Below are positions 20,232-30,546 of a stretch of DNA of 64,000 bases, piece by piece. Positions within the stretch are counted from its first letter, which is position 1, and each line of letters starts with the position of its first letter. The notes beneath the pieces were generated by a model that had not been told where the DNA came from, made no database searches, and was given only the letters and a program-made list of their open reading frames with translations. A program made the position numbers and the translations under genes. Origin of the DNA: an uncultured Gemmatimonadaceae bacterium (lineage in GTDB: Bacteria > Gemmatimonadota > Gemmatimonadetes > Gemmatimonadales > Gemmatimonadaceae); the NCBI GenBank assembly GCA_963716745.1, contig OY970320.1, positions 1,728,001-1,792,000 on the forward strand, read 5' to 3'.

Positions 20232-22402
20232 CCGAGCGGGTTGCCCTCGGCGGGATAGAACCGCGAGTGCGTGTGCGCCATGCCGGTGAGGAGCCGCGCG
20301 GGCTCGAAGCGCGGCGCGAAGCGCGCATGCAGCATCTCGAGCTGTCGCACAATGTTGTCGACGCCCTCGTGATCAATGTGGCGGAACGGCCCGCCCAAAA
20401 ACGGAGGGAAGCCAATGCCGAACACCGCACCCACATCGCCATCGCGCGGCGAGCGGAGCACGCCATCCTCGAGACAGCGCGCCGCTTCGTTCAAAAGCGC
20501 GAGCATGCAACGTTGCTGCATCTCCGCGGCCGCCATCTCCACGCGATTGGCACCGGTGGGGAGCAGCGCGTACACGCTCTCGTCCACGCCGCGCTTGCGG
20601 CCATTCTCATAGCGGTAGAATCCCTTGCCACCCTTCCGCCCCGTGCGGCCGTCCGCGGCCACGCGCGCGAGCGATACGCTCGGCTTCATCCGGTCGCCGA
20701 ACGCATCGAGCAATACATGCCCGACCTTGGTGCCCACGTCGAGCCCCACCTCGTCCATCAGCGTGATCGGACCCACCGGGAATCCAAGGTCCACCATCGC
20801 ATGATCGAGGGCATCGATCAATGCGCCCTCGTCGAGCAGAAAGCCCGCCTCGTTCATGTAGGCCGACAGCGTGCGCGTGGTGTAGAACCCCGGACCGTCG
20901 TTCACGACGATCACGTGCTTCCCGAGGCGCTTGCCGTACGCGACCGCCGTGGCCGTCGCGACCGGCGTCGTTTTCGGCGTCACGATCACTTCGAGCAGCG
21001 GCATCTTCTGCACGGGACTGAAGAAATGCATCCCGAGGACGTGCTCCGGTCGCTTGGCCGCCTCGGCGATCTTCGCGATCGGGATCGTACTCGTGTTCGA
21101 CGCATAGATCGCGCGCGCAGGCATTACCGCCTCGGTCTCCTTGAGCACTCTGTGCTTGAGCGTGAGATCCTCGAACACCGCTTCGATCACGAGGTCCACG
21201 CTCTGGAATCCCGAGTAGTCCACCGTGCCGCCCACCATCAGCATCTGATCCTCGTACTCGCGGCGCGTGATCTGCTTCTTGGTGAGCCGTTCGCGCAGTA
21301 CGTCGGACACCGACTTGAGCCCCTTTGCGACGCGGTCGAGCGCGGCGTCCTTCAGGCGCACCGTGGTCTTCTGCATCGCCGCGACGCTCGCGATCCCCGC
21401 GCCCATGAATCCCGCGCCGAGCACGCCAAGCTTCGACACCGGCAGCGACTCCGCCGGTTCGTCGGTGCCCGGATCCTTCTTGAGCGCAGTGGTCGCGAAG
21501 AAAAGGAAGATCAGCTGCTGGCATGCCGCGGTCACGGACATCTCCCCGAAGAGGCGCGCTTCCTCGTGGAATCCGCGCGGCATGCCGTGCGTGAGCCCGG
21601 TGCGCACGGCCTCGATCGCGGCGAGCGGCGCTGGGAAATTCCCGTGCGTCTTGGACATCACGCTCGCGTGCGCTTGACGGAACACAATCGCGCGGCCGAG
21701 CGGGTTCTTCTCGAGCACCCATCCCATGAACCCCGGCGACTTCGCGCCGCGCGACCGCTTCATCGAGCCGGCCCCGAGTTTCCTTGCGCGGTCCACCGCG
21801 ATCTCGCGCAGGATCGCGGGGTGCACCATCTCATCCACGAGCCCCATCTGCAATGCTTTCTTCGGGCGAATGTTTTTTCCGGTGAGGATCATGTCCAGTG
21901 CGTTGCGCAGTCCCACCGTGCGCGGCAGACGCTGCGTGCCGCCGGCGCCGGGGATGAGGCCGAGCTGCACTTCCGGCAACGCGAGTATCGTTTTCGGATG
22001 GTCGGTGCAGATCCGGTACGCGCACGCGAGCGACGCCTCGAGCCCGCCGCCCAGGCACGCGCCGTGGATCGCGACCACGATCGGCGTGCGGATGCGCGCG
22101 AGGCGGTCCATCATCAGCTGACCCGCGGCGCTCATCGATTCACCGTCGCTCGCCATGCGGATCGTGAGGAACTCGTCGATGTCGGCGCCCGCGATGAAAT
22201 TCTCCGGCTTGCCCGAGATCAGCACCGCCGCCTTGATGTCGTTGTCGCGCTGAAGGCGGTCGAGCACCGACGAGAACTCATCGACCACCGCGGCCGTGAA
22301 CTTGTTGACGCTCTCGCCCGGCAGATCGAAGGTGATGATCGCGACGCCATCCTCGACCTCCACGCCAAGCGCGCCGCCCGCGAAGATCTTCTCGGGGCTC
22401 AT
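20228..22402 (-). CDS. fadJ: Fatty acid oxidation complex alpha subunit
   Basis: [55 protein letters not shown]. Confidence 0.95.
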   Translation of the reverse strand: MSPEKIFAGGALGVEVEDGVAIITFDLPGESVNKFTAAVVDEFSSVLDRLQRDNDIKAAVLISGKPENFIAGADIDEFLTIRMASDGESMSAAGQLMMDRLARIRTPIVVAIHGACLGGGLEASLACAYRICTDHPKTILALPEVQLGLIPGAGGTQRLPRTVGLRNALDMILTGKNIRPKKALQMGLVDEMVHPAILREIAVDRARKLGAGSMKRSRGAKSPGFMGWVLEKNPLGRAIVFRQAHASVMSKTHGNFPAPLAAIEAVRTGLTHGMPRGFHEEARLFGEMSVTAACQQLIFLFFATTALKKDPGTDEPAESLPVSKLGVLGAGFMGAGIASVAAMQKTTVRLKDAALDRVAKGLKSVSDVLRERLTKKQITRREYEDQMLMVGGTVDYSGFQSVDLVIEAVFEDLTLKHRVLKETEAVMPARAIYASNTSTIPIAKIAEAAKRPEHVLGMHFFSPVQKMPLLEVIVTPKTTPVATATAVAYGKRLGKHVIVVNDGPGFYTTRTLSAYMNEAGFLLDEGALIDALDHAMVDLGFPVGPITLMDEVGLDVGTKVGHVLLDAFGDRMKPSVSLARVAADGRTGRKGGKGFYRYENGRKRGVDESVYALLPTGANRVEMAAAEMQQRCMLALLNEAARCLEDGVLRSPRDGDVGAVFGIGFPPFLGGPFRHIDHEGVDNIVRQLEMLHARFAPRFEPARLLTGMAHTHSRFYPAEGNPLG

Positions 22403-23697
22403 GACGCGTTCTCCAGCACCATCGCGCAGCCGAGTCCGCCGGCCGCGCACACCGTGAGCAATCCGAATTGCGAGCCGCGCCGCCAGAGCTCGTTCGCGAG
22501 TGTCATGGTGATCCGCGCGCCGGTGGCGCCGAACGGATGCCCGATCGCGATCGAACCGCCCATGATGTTCAGCTTCGAACGGTCCACCTGCCCTACCGGC
22601 TTCGAGAAACCGGCGCGCTCGGCCCACTGCTTGCTCTCGAAGCCGCGCAGGTTGCTCAGCACCTGGCTCGCGAACGCTTCGTGCATCTCTACCAGGTCCA
22701 TGTCGGCCAGCGTGAGGCCCGCGCGCTGCAGCGCCACCGGTGCCGCGAGCACCGGCGCCTGCAGCAGCTGCTCGCCCGGGTCGAGCGCCGCGTACGCATA
22801 ACTCCTGATGAACGCGATCGGTTTGAATCCGAGCGCGTCCGCTTTCTCCTCGCTCATGAGGATGATCGCCGCGGCGCCATCGGTGAGAGGGCTCGAGTTG
22901 CCGGCGGTCACGCTGCCGTACTTCCGGTCGAACACTGGCTTGAGCGCGGCGAGCTGCTCGAGGCTCGTGTCGGTGCGGATGCCGTTGTCGCTCGTCTCCC
23001 ACTTCTCGAACTTCGGCGGCACGTAGAACGGCATGATCTCCGCCGTGAGGCGGCCGTCCTGCGTGCCGGCCGCGGCCAGACGGTGCGAGCGCAGCGCGAA
23101 CTGGTCCTGCTCATCGCGCGGGATGTGATTGAGCTTCGCCATCTTCTCGGCGCTCTGTCCCATCGTCTCGCCGGTGGTCGGCTCCGCGATCGCCGGCGTG
23201 ACCGGGATGAAGTCCTTGGGGCGCAGCTTCGTGAACGCGCCGATCCGCGCGCCGAGCGATTTCGCCTTGGATGCCGCGACGAGCACGTCGGAGAATCCAC
23301 GCGAGAAGAGGATCGGCACGCTGCTGAGCGATTCCGCGCCGCCGGCGATCGCGACGTCGGCGTGGCCGAGGGCGATCTGGTCCGCCGCGTCGGTGATCGC
23401 CTGGTTCGCGCTCGCGCACGCTCGGCTCACCGTGTAGGCCTGGATCCCTTTGGGCAGGCTGGGACTCAGTGCGATCTCGCGGGCGATGTTCGGCGCGAGC
23501 ACGTTGGGCACTACGGTGCCGAACACGAGCATGTCTACTTCGCGCCCGCTGAGATCGGTGCGCGCGATGAGTTCGCATACCACGCGGCGGCCGAGGTCCT
23601 CGGCGCTCACCATGCGGAGTGTCGTGCCGGCGCGCGCGAACGGCGTACGCAACCCCGCAACGATCGCGACCCGGCGCCCGTTCCCAAAGGTGGACAT
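22399..23697 (-). CDS. fadI: 3-ketoacyl-CoA thiolase (FadI type)
   Basis: RTPF, VSRACAS, MHEAFA, GHPFGATG, CAAGG. Confidence 0.95.
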   Translation of the reverse strand: MSTFGNGRRVAIVAGLRTPFARAGTTLRMVSAEDLGRRVVCELIARTDLSGREVDMLVFGTVVPNVLAPNIAREIALSPSLPKGIQAYTVSRACASANQAITDAADQIALGHADVAIAGGAESLSSVPILFSRGFSDVLVAASKAKSLGARIGAFTKLRPKDFIPVTPAIAEPTTGETMGQSAEKMAKLNHIPRDEQDQFALRSHRLAAAGTQDGRLTAEIMPFYVPPKFEKWETSDNGIRTDTSLEQLAALKPVFDRKYGSVTAGNSSPLTDGAAAIILMSEEKADALGFKPIAFIRSYAYAALDPGEQLLQAPVLAAPVALQRAGLTLADMDLVEMHEAFASQVLSNLRGFESKQWAERAGFSKPVGQVDRSKLNIMGGSIAIGHPFGATGARITMTLANELWRRGSQFGLLTVCAAGGLGCAMVLENAS

Positions 23698-23787
23698 GAT
23701 CGGAAACTTAGATGGCCCGCTCCGGCGTTGCCAATCGGAGGCCCGCTGCATTGACCGCGCCCCCATCGCGCCCATAGCGTTCGACCC

Positions 23788-25314
23788 GTGAATCGCACCG
23801 AGTTCTCCGCCGCGTCACGCGCCGCCGCGCTCGATCAGGCAGGTACCGGCGTTCTCAATGTGCTCGTGGTGGGCGGCGGGATCACCGGAGCGGCCACTGC
23901 GCGGGATGCCGCGATGCGTGGACTGCGCGTCGCGCTCGTGGAGCGTGAGGATTTCGCGAGCGGCACCTCGAGCCGCAGCTCACGGCTCGTGCACGGCGGG
24001 CTCCGCTATCTCGAGCACGGCGAATTCCACCTCGTGTTCGAGGCGAGCCGCGAGCGGCGGATCCTGCTGCGCATCGCCCCGCACCTCGTCACGCCCCTGC
24101 GCTTCACATGGCCGGTGTACCGCGGAGCACGCGTTCCGATGTGGAAATTACGCGCCGCGCTCACGCTCTACGACGCGCTCGCGATGTTCCGGAACATCGG
24201 GCGCCACAAGATGTTCAGCGCCTCGGGCATCGAGACGCTAGAGCCATGTCTGCGCACCGACGATCTCGCGGGCGGCGGCACGTACTTCGATGCGCACACC
24301 GACGACGCGCTGCTCACCCTCGCGAACGCGCGCGCCGCCGCCGAGTACGGTGCGCTCGTGATGAACCACGCGCGCGTGCGCTCGCTCATCAAGGAGGGCG
24401 GCGCCGTGACCGGCGCGGAGATCGAGTGCGCTTTCACCGGCCGCGTGGTGCGCGCGGCGGCGCGCTGCGTGGTCAACACCACCGGCCCATGGACGGGCGC
24501 GCTGCAACTCATGGCCGACCCGCGCGCGGTCGTGGGCATTCGCGGCACCAAGGGCGCGCACATCGCCGTTCCACGCACCCGCGTGGGCAACGAGCAGGCG
24601 ATCGCGATTACGCACCCGCGCGACGGCCGCGTGATGTTCATCCTGCCCGCGCGTGAGCTCACGATCGTCGGCACCACGGATACCGACTACGAAGGCTCGC
24701 TCGATGAAGTGCGCGCCACGCGCGACGATGTCGAATATCTGCTCGAGGCGGTGAACCACTACGCGCCCGACGCGGCGCTCACGCGCACCGACGTCGTCGC
24801 GGCGTGGGCCGGCATCCGCCCGCTCGTGGCGAGCGCCGCGAAGACCACCGCCGCGGTGTCACGCGAGCACGCGATCACGCTCACCGCGCCTGGCATGCTC
24901 ACGGTCACCGGCGGCAAGCTCACCACGAATCGCCTGATGGCCGCGCAGATCGTGGACCGCGCCGAGAAGATGCTCGGGCGCCGCGTGCGCCGCGCGCGCA
25001 CGGATCAGAAGGAACTGCGCGACCGCGATCTCAGCGCGAACTTCGACGGGCCGAGCGCGGCGCTGCTCGCGCCGGGCCTGCCGCATGTGTGGGGGCAGGT
25101 GCACGACGCCGTCACGCACGGCATGGCGCTGCGCGTGTCCGACGTGCTGATCCGGCGCATCCCGCTCGCCTTCGAGACGGCCGATCACGGTCGGTCGGTC
25201 GCACCGGCGGTCGCGCGCGTCATGGCGCAGCTGCTGGGCTGGACGCCGGATCGCGAACGCGAAGAGCTCGCGCGCTACGCCGCCGAGGTGGAGCGGATCT
25301 TCCGGATCGACTGA
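23788..25314 (+). CDS. glpD: FAD-dependent glycerol-3-phosphate dehydrogenase/oxidase
   Basis: GGGITG, DFASGTSSRSSRLVHGGLRYLE, GTTD, GIRPL, GGKLTT. Confidence 0.9.
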   Translation: MNRTEFSAASRAAALDQAGTGVLNVLVVGGGITGAATARDAAMRGLRVALVEREDFASGTSSRSSRLVHGGLRYLEHGEFHLVFEASRERRILLRIAPHLVTPLRFTWPVYRGARVPMWKLRAALTLYDALAMFRNIGRHKMFSASGIETLEPCLRTDDLAGGGTYFDAHTDDALLTLANARAAAEYGALVMNHARVRSLIKEGGAVTGAEIECAFTGRVVRAAARCVVNTTGPWTGALQLMADPRAVVGIRGTKGAHIAVPRTRVGNEQAIAITHPRDGRVMFILPARELTIVGTTDTDYEGSLDEVRATRDDVEYLLEAVNHYAPDAALTRTDVVAAWAGIRPLVASAAKTTAAVSREHAITLTAPGMLTVTGGKLTTNRLMAAQIVDRAEKMLGRRVRRARTDQKELRDRDLSANFDGPSAALLAPGLPHVWGQVHDAVTHGMALRVSDVLIRRIPLAFETADHGRSVAPAVARVMAQLLGWTPDREREELARYAAEVERIFRID

Positions 25315-25315
25315 C

Positions 25316-25792
25316 TCAGGCCTTGGGCGCCGCGTGGATCGTCCGCAGCTCCACGATCTTGAGCGAGCGCGTCATCTTCGGCAGACGCAGCAGCACGACG
25401 TCGCCCACCGATTTCCCCTGCAGCGCGAGACCGATCACCGAGCTCATGGTGACGTGGCCATCCTCGAAATCCACGGAGTCGCCGAACACGAGGTGGTAGA
25501 CCTCGCTCTGGTTGGTCTTCACATCGGAGACGACGACGCGCGAGCCGAGCCCCACGCGGTCGGTGGGGATCTGGCTCAGATCGATCTGCGAGAGCTTGGA
25601 GAGCCGGCTGCGGAGCTGGCCGAGCCGCGCCTGCACGAACGCCTGGCGCTCGAGCGCGCTCTTGTACTCGCTGTTCTCCTTCAGGTCGCCGAGTTCGACG
25701 GCGCGCCGGATCTCGGCGGGCAATACGACATTCAATTCATGCTGGAGACGCTCGACTTCGGCGCCGAGCTTCTCCTTGAGGGCATCGAGCAT
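25316..25792 (-). CDS. greA: GreA/GreB transcription elongation factor
   Basis: GDLKENSEY with both acidic residues; S.IG.AL.GK.VGD. Confidence 0.9.
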   Translation of the reverse strand: MLDALKEKLGAEVERLQHELNVVLPAEIRRAVELGDLKENSEYKSALERQAFVQARLGQLRSRLSKLSQIDLSQIPTDRVGLGSRVVVSDVKTNQSEVYHLVFGDSVDFEDGHVTMSSVIGLALQGKSVGDVVLLRLPKMTRSLKIVELRTIHAAPKA

Positions 25793-25804
25793 AGGGGCGC
25801 TGGG

Positions 25805-25839
25805 AAAAAAGGGAGCGCCCGGCGTTGGGGCCGGGCGCT
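25805..25839 (-). terminator. Intrinsic terminator-like hairpin in the greA 5' leader
   Basis: Minus strand agcgcccggc-cccaac-gccgggcgct-ccc-TTTTTT, ending 12 nt before the greA ATG. Confidence 0.7.
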
Positions 25840-25911
25840 GCAGTGCGTTACTTGCATACTAGAATAGGGGGCGCGGGATGTCTAGGCTCATCGCCCGTTA
25901 TCTTTCGCGCG

Positions 25912-26694
25912 ATGCTCTCCATTGAGCGGTACGACGATGTCGTGCGCCTGCGGATGTCCACGTCGGTCACGCGCGCGCTCGGATACGAGGCGAGCGCGTA
26001 TTTCACGCGCGGCATGCTCGTGGATACGGGATTCCCCGCCGTCGCGCGCGACCTCGCGCATTGGCTCGACGGCACGCGACCCAGCGGAGTGGTGCTCACG
26101 CATCAGCACGAGGACCACGCGGGGAATCTCGAATTGCTCGCACGCGGCGGCGTGCCGGTGGCCGCGGCCAATGCCACGCTCGAAGCGATCCGTGCCGCCC
26201 GCCCCCTCGACTTCTACCGGCGGTTCAATTGGGGGACTCCGCCGGCGCTCCGGTCGCCTTTCGCGCGCCTCGACCCGGCACCGCTCCGGCTGCTGCCGAC
26301 GCCGGGCCACACGCCCGATCATCACGTCGTGTGGGACGCCGAGCGCGAGACCATGTTCTCGGGCGACCTGTTCCTGAGCGTGAAGATGCGTCTCGCACAG
26401 GACGCCGAGGATGTACATGGCGTGGTGCGTAGCCTGCACGCGGTGATCGCCCTCAAACCCAAGCGTGTGTTCTGCGCGCACCGAGGCCCGTTGCACGACC
26501 CGGTGAACACCCTGCGCGCGAAGGCCGCATGGATGGAGGAGATCATCGGCGAAGCACGCCGACTCGCTGCGACCGGGATGCCGGTGCCCGAGATCACCCG
26601 GCAACTGCTCGGCCGCGACGGCTGGACGAGTTTCATTTCTCGGGGAAAACTCGCGAAGTGCAACTTGATCCGCTCCGCCCTCCGCGCCGGGTAG
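25912..26694 (+). CDS. MBL-fold metallo-hydrolase
   Basis: VDTG, THQHEDHAG, TPGHT, FSGD. Confidence 0.88.
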   Translation: MLSIERYDDVVRLRMSTSVTRALGYEASAYFTRGMLVDTGFPAVARDLAHWLDGTRPSGVVLTHQHEDHAGNLELLARGGVPVAAANATLEAIRAARPLDFYRRFNWGTPPALRSPFARLDPAPLRLLPTPGHTPDHHVVWDAERETMFSGDLFLSVKMRLAQDAEDVHGVVRSLHAVIALKPKRVFCAHRGPLHDPVNTLRAKAAWMEEIIGEARRLAATGMPVPEITRQLLGRDGWTSFISRGKLAKCNLIRSALRAG

Positions 26695-26733
26695 CGGAGT
26701 TACCACGGCGAGCGGACACTTCCTAACAGGCAT

Positions 26734-26790
26734 GGCTGTCGGCTGTCGCAAGCAATCGCGGTTGAATGCGACAGCCGACAGTCGACAGTC
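26734..26790. repeat. Heptamer (GGCTGTC/GACAGYC) inverted array, possible bidirectional terminator
   Basis: ggctgtcggctgtcgca ... tgcgacagccgacagtcgacagtc between convergent genes. Confidence 0.8.
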
Positions 26791-26795
26791 CGCAT

Positions 26796-27962
26796 CTAGC
26801 GTCGGTAGTGTGGCCCTGTTTCGAACTCCTTTTGCAACGCCTTCATCAACTGCTCCCGCTTCTCCATCAGCCGCCGCAGTTTGCGCGGCCTCCGGTTCGC
26901 GAGCGCGTACGACGTGATGAGCGGCAGCGCGATCGTCGAGTCGGTATAGCACACCACCGCATCCGGCAGTTTATCGGGATCGATCTTCCCCCAACTCACT
27001 GCCTCGCCTGGCGTGGCGCCCGAGAGTCCGCCGGTGTCGGGGCGCGCGTCGGTGATCTGCAGGAAGAGATCGTGCCCCCGCTCATCGATGCCGAGCACTT
27101 CCTGGATCTGCGGTTCGGTCTGCAGCGCGAAATTCTTGGGACTCCCGCCGCCCGCGATCATGATCGCGCTCCGGCCGCCGCCGCGCTTCGCGCCGAGCAC
27201 GATCGCCGCGGTCTCGTTCACATCCTTGTTCGGGTCGAGCACGAGTTTCGATCCCTCGAGCGCGAGCGCCGCGACGTTCATGCCGATCGACGAATCGCCG
27301 GGCGACGACGTATAGATCGGCACGCCGCACGCGTACGCCGCCGAGAGCAGCGACTTCTGCCCGATGCCGAGCTTGGTCTCGCGCTCGCGGATGTACTTCC
27401 CGCACAGGTAATGGAATTCCGCGCTGCTCATCGCGCGCTGGAATTCCGGCGCCCGCATGATCTGGCGGAAGAATGCGTCGGTGTCGAGCAGCACGTGGAA
27501 GTCGAAGAAGATATCGTAGATCCGCACGACGCCCTCCTCGCGCAGCAGCACGTCCGACGTCTGCGTGTTGCCGCGGTGCATCGCGAGCCCCAGTCCGAAA
27601 TGCGTGTCGTGATAGAGATTCGCGCCGGTGGAGATGATCCAGTCCACGAATCCCGCTTCGATGAGCGGGATGAGCACGGCGATGCCGAGCCCGGCGGGCG
27701 TGAGCGCACCCGTGATCGTGAGCCCCACGGTCACGTCCGGCTCGAGCATCTTGCGCGTGAACAGCTGCGCGCCCTCGCGCAGCCGCGCCGCGTTGTACGC
27801 GAGGAACGTGCCATCGATGAGCTGGGTGATGCTCTCGCTGCCGTCCACACGCCGCGGATCGATGCGCGCGCCGCCGAGGAAGCGGCTCGCGCGTTTCACC
27901 GGCGGAACCGTCTTCTTCTTCACCGCCGCCGCTTTCGGCTTCACGGGCTGTTTCTTCTTCAT
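26796..27962 (-). CDS. Deoxyhypusine synthase-like protein (probable homospermidine synthesis)
   Basis: [43 protein letters not shown] with catalytic Lys. Confidence 0.9.
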   Translation of the reverse strand: MKKKQPVKPKAAAVKKKTVPPVKRASRFLGGARIDPRRVDGSESITQLIDGTFLAYNAARLREGAQLFTRKMLEPDVTVGLTITGALTPAGLGIAVLIPLIEAGFVDWIISTGANLYHDTHFGLGLAMHRGNTQTSDVLLREEGVVRIYDIFFDFHVLLDTDAFFRQIMRAPEFQRAMSSAEFHYLCGKYIRERETKLGIGQKSLLSAAYACGVPIYTSSPGDSSIGMNVAALALEGSKLVLDPNKDVNETAAIVLGAKRGGGRSAIMIAGGGSPKNFALQTEPQIQEVLGIDERGHDLFLQITDARPDTGGLSGATPGEAVSWGKIDPDKLPDAVVCYTDSTIALPLITSYALANRRPRKLRRLMEKREQLMKALQKEFETGPHYRR

Positions 27963-27968
27963 GCGCCT

Positions 27969-28949
27969 CTAGATCTCCCGGATGTCCGACGCGCGGCGCT
28001 TCGGCGGCGCGCGCCGCTGCGCTTCGTACGCCGCGATCACCGTGTGCGCCGCCTCGGCCGGTTCGTCAGTCATCAGCATGAGGTCCAGATCGCCAGCTGA
28101 GATCTTCTTCTCCAGCAACACGCGCGACTGGAGCCAGCGGATGAGTCCCGCCCAGTAGCGCCGGCCGAAGAGAACCACCGGGAACTGGTAGATCTTTCCC
28201 GTCTGGATGAGCGTGAGCGCTTCGAACAGCTCGTCGAGCGTGCCGAATCCGCCCGGGAAGATGATGAACGCCGATGAGTATTTCACGAACATCGTCTTGC
28301 GCACGAAGAAATAGCGGAAGTTGATGAGCGTGTCGACGTACGGATTCGCGCCCTGCTCGAACGGGAGCTCAATATTGCAGCCGATCGAGCGGCCGTTGCC
28401 GAGCCGCGCGCCCTTGTTCGCGGCTTCCATGATGCCCGGACCGGCGCCGGTGATGATCGAGAATCCCGCGAGGGCGAGCAGCCGCGCCGTCTCCTGCGCC
28501 GCAGCGTACGCGGGATCGTCCGGACCGGTGCGCGCGGAGCCGAAGATGCTCACGCCTTTCTCGATGCCGGCGAGCGTGTCGAAGCCTTCAATGAACTCCG
28601 ACATGATGCGCATGACCCGCCAGGGGTCCGTGCGCGTGAAGTCCGGGCCCGGCGTCGTGGTCGCGAGGAGCTTCTCGTCCTCGGTGACGGGCGGCGGCAG
28701 GTAATCGCGGATCGAATCGTCGATGTGCCGCTCGGGCTCCTCGAGCTTCACCGCGCCGGCCTGGCGCATGTCGGAGATCTGCGACGGTGGCGTGCGGCCC
28801 GCCTTGATGTGTCCCGTCTCCGTGCGCTCGCGCAGCCCCGCGCGCGCCTCCTGCTCGGCGGTGGCGATGTGTTTCACGTCGGCCTTCTTGCCCATCGCCG
28901 TCACGACACGGCTCACGCGCGGCTTGGGAGCGCTCTTCTTCTTCGCCAT
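27969..28949 (-). CDS. LOG family Rossmann-fold phosphoribohydrolase (TIGR00730-like) with long N-terminal extension
   Basis: FGSAR, TGAGPGIMEAAN, LPFEQ, FFVRK, PGGFGTLDE. Confidence 0.92.
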   Translation of the reverse strand: MAKKKSAPKPRVSRVVTAMGKKADVKHIATAEQEARAGLRERTETGHIKAGRTPPSQISDMRQAGAVKLEEPERHIDDSIRDYLPPPVTEDEKLLATTTPGPDFTRTDPWRVMRIMSEFIEGFDTLAGIEKGVSIFGSARTGPDDPAYAAAQETARLLALAGFSIITGAGPGIMEAANKGARLGNGRSIGCNIELPFEQGANPYVDTLINFRYFFVRKTMFVKYSSAFIIFPGGFGTLDELFEALTLIQTGKIYQFPVVLFGRRYWAGLIRWLQSRVLLEKKISAGDLDLMLMTDEPAEAAHTVIAAYEAQRRAPPKRRASDIREI

Positions 28950-28963
28950 GATGGTGTGGAAAG

Positions 28964-29200
28964 CTAAGGAGCGCGTGCCCGCGCCGCGAGCGGCGGGATC
29001 GAGAAGAGGGCCCAGATCCCTTCGAGCGCGATGAACCCGGCGCGCCGGTCGTGCACCGCCACCCAGAGCAGGAAGAGCGATCCCACGAGGTTCAGCGCGT
29101 TGAACCACACGCTGCGCCGGTCGAGGCGGCCGGTCTGCAGTCCGGCGAATCCGACGAGCACGATGGCCGCGCCCGCGAGCGACAAGAGTTGATAGAGCAC
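28964..29200 (-). CDS. Small membrane protein (CBU_0592-like)
   Basis: GA..VL..F..LQ.GRL....FN.LNLVGS...GFI.LEG.W pattern. Confidence 0.7.
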   Translation of the reverse strand: MLYQLLSLAGAAIVLVGFAGLQTGRLDRRSVWFNALNLVGSLFLLWVAVHDRRAGFIALEGIWALFSIPPLAARARAP

Positions 29201-29222
29201 CGCGCACCCGCAAGATTGAGGT

Positions 29223-29486
29223 ATGTCCGACGCGCGAACGACCTGGACCCGCTCCCTGCTCACCGTCGCCGGCCGCGCGATCGTGAGCCCGCGGCTCGCG
29301 AGCGACCTCGTGCGCACCGGCTGGCGCTTCCGCCGCCGCGGCTGGTGGCACCGGGCGCCGTTCCTTCCGCTTCCCGCGCGCGAGTACCTGCGCTGGCGCA
29401 CGTACACGGCGTATGGCGACGCGGACGCGATCCCTTCCGCCGACGACATCATCCGCTACGCGCGCTGGGCCGTTCGCTCGCCGTGA
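29223..29486 (+). CDS. Hypothetical protein
   Basis: WWHRAPFLPLP..EYL.WR..TAYG; GAGG RBS; stop overlaps the queG GTG. Confidence 0.75.
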   Translation: MSDARTTWTRSLLTVAGRAIVSPRLASDLVRTGWRFRRRGWWHRAPFLPLPAREYLRWRTYTAYGDADAIPSADDIIRYARWAVRSP

Positions 29487-30513
29487 CGCCCCTCGAGACC
29501 CGGATCAAGGCGCACGCCTACGGGCTCGGCTTCGACCTCTGCGGCATCGCGGCGCTCGGCCCCGCGCCCACGGCCGATCACTTCGATCGCTGGCTCGCGC
29601 GCGGCTATGCGGGAGAGATGTACTATCTGAAACGTTGGGCCGACAGGCGCCACGATACGCGGCGCCCCGCGCGCGGGATGCGCTCGGCCGATCGTGGTAA
29701 CGTTGGACTACGGCGGCCGCTCGCCTGCCGGACCGATCGCCCGCTACGCGCGCGGCCGCGACTACCACGCCGTCATGCGCGAGAAGCTGCGCGAACTGCG
29801 GCACCTCATCGCGGCCGAGGCCCAGCGCCCGGTGAAGATGAAGGCCTACTCCGACACCGCGCCTATTCTCGAGCGCGATCTCGCGCGACAGGCTGGCATC
29901 GGCTGGTTCGGCAAGAACACCATGATGATCAATCCGAAGAGAGGCAGCTTCTTCGTGATCGGCACCGTGCTCACCGATCTCGCGCTCACGGCCGATGCGC
30001 CGTTCGAGTCCGATCATTGCGGCACGTGCACGCGCTGCCTCGACGCCTGCCCCACGAATGCGTTCCCGGAGCCGCGCGTGCTCGATGCCACGCGTTGCAT
30101 CTCCGTATCTCACGATCGAGCAGCGCGGGCCGATCCCGGAGACGCTGCGCGATGCGGTGGGCGAGCGCGCGTTCGGGTGCGACGTGTGCCAGGATGTGTG
30201 TCCGTGGAACGAGCGGTTCGCGAGCGCGGGCGGCGATCCGAGCGTGGCCGCGCGCGCCGCGAACGTCGCGCCGGATCTCGAAGCGCTACTCGCGCTCGAC
30301 GAGATCGAGTTCCGCGAACGATTCGGCGACAGTGCGGTCTCGCGCACGGCGCGGCGCGGGCTCGCCCGGAACGCCGCCGTCGCGCTGGGGAATCGCGGCG
30401 GCGCCGCGGCGCGACGGGCGCTCGAACGTGCCGCGCGAGAGGACCCCGAACCGCTCGTGCGCGCGCACGCCGCCTGGGCCCTCGAACGCGACCGGTCCCG
30501 GGTGGAACGATGA
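29483..30513 (+). CDS. queG: Epoxyqueuosine reductase; two +1 frameshifts (~29690, ~30105)
   Basis: GFDLCG, GY.GEM.Y, IARYARGRDYH, DTAP.LER, GKN, CGTCTRCLDACPT, CIS/YLTIE, FGCDVCQDVCPWN across three frames. Confidence 0.92.
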
Positions 30514-30546
30514 ACGCCTCTCGCTCGTCAGAATGAATGGCGGGGT

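Noticed and set aside
20267..22801. Long antisense and alternate-frame ORFs (e.g. 844 aa opposite fadJ, 630 aa at 33928-35820, 553 aa at 15482-17143)
   Set aside because: These are Arg/Ala/His-rich shadow ORFs expected from high-GC codon bias, with no motifs and fully overlapping recognised genes.
29483..30513. queG, kinase, Mo subunit or sufC as pseudogenes or programmed frameshifts
   Set aside because: Motifs are intact, there are no nonsense codons or slippery heptamers, and all lesions are +1. Sequencing error is more parsimonious.
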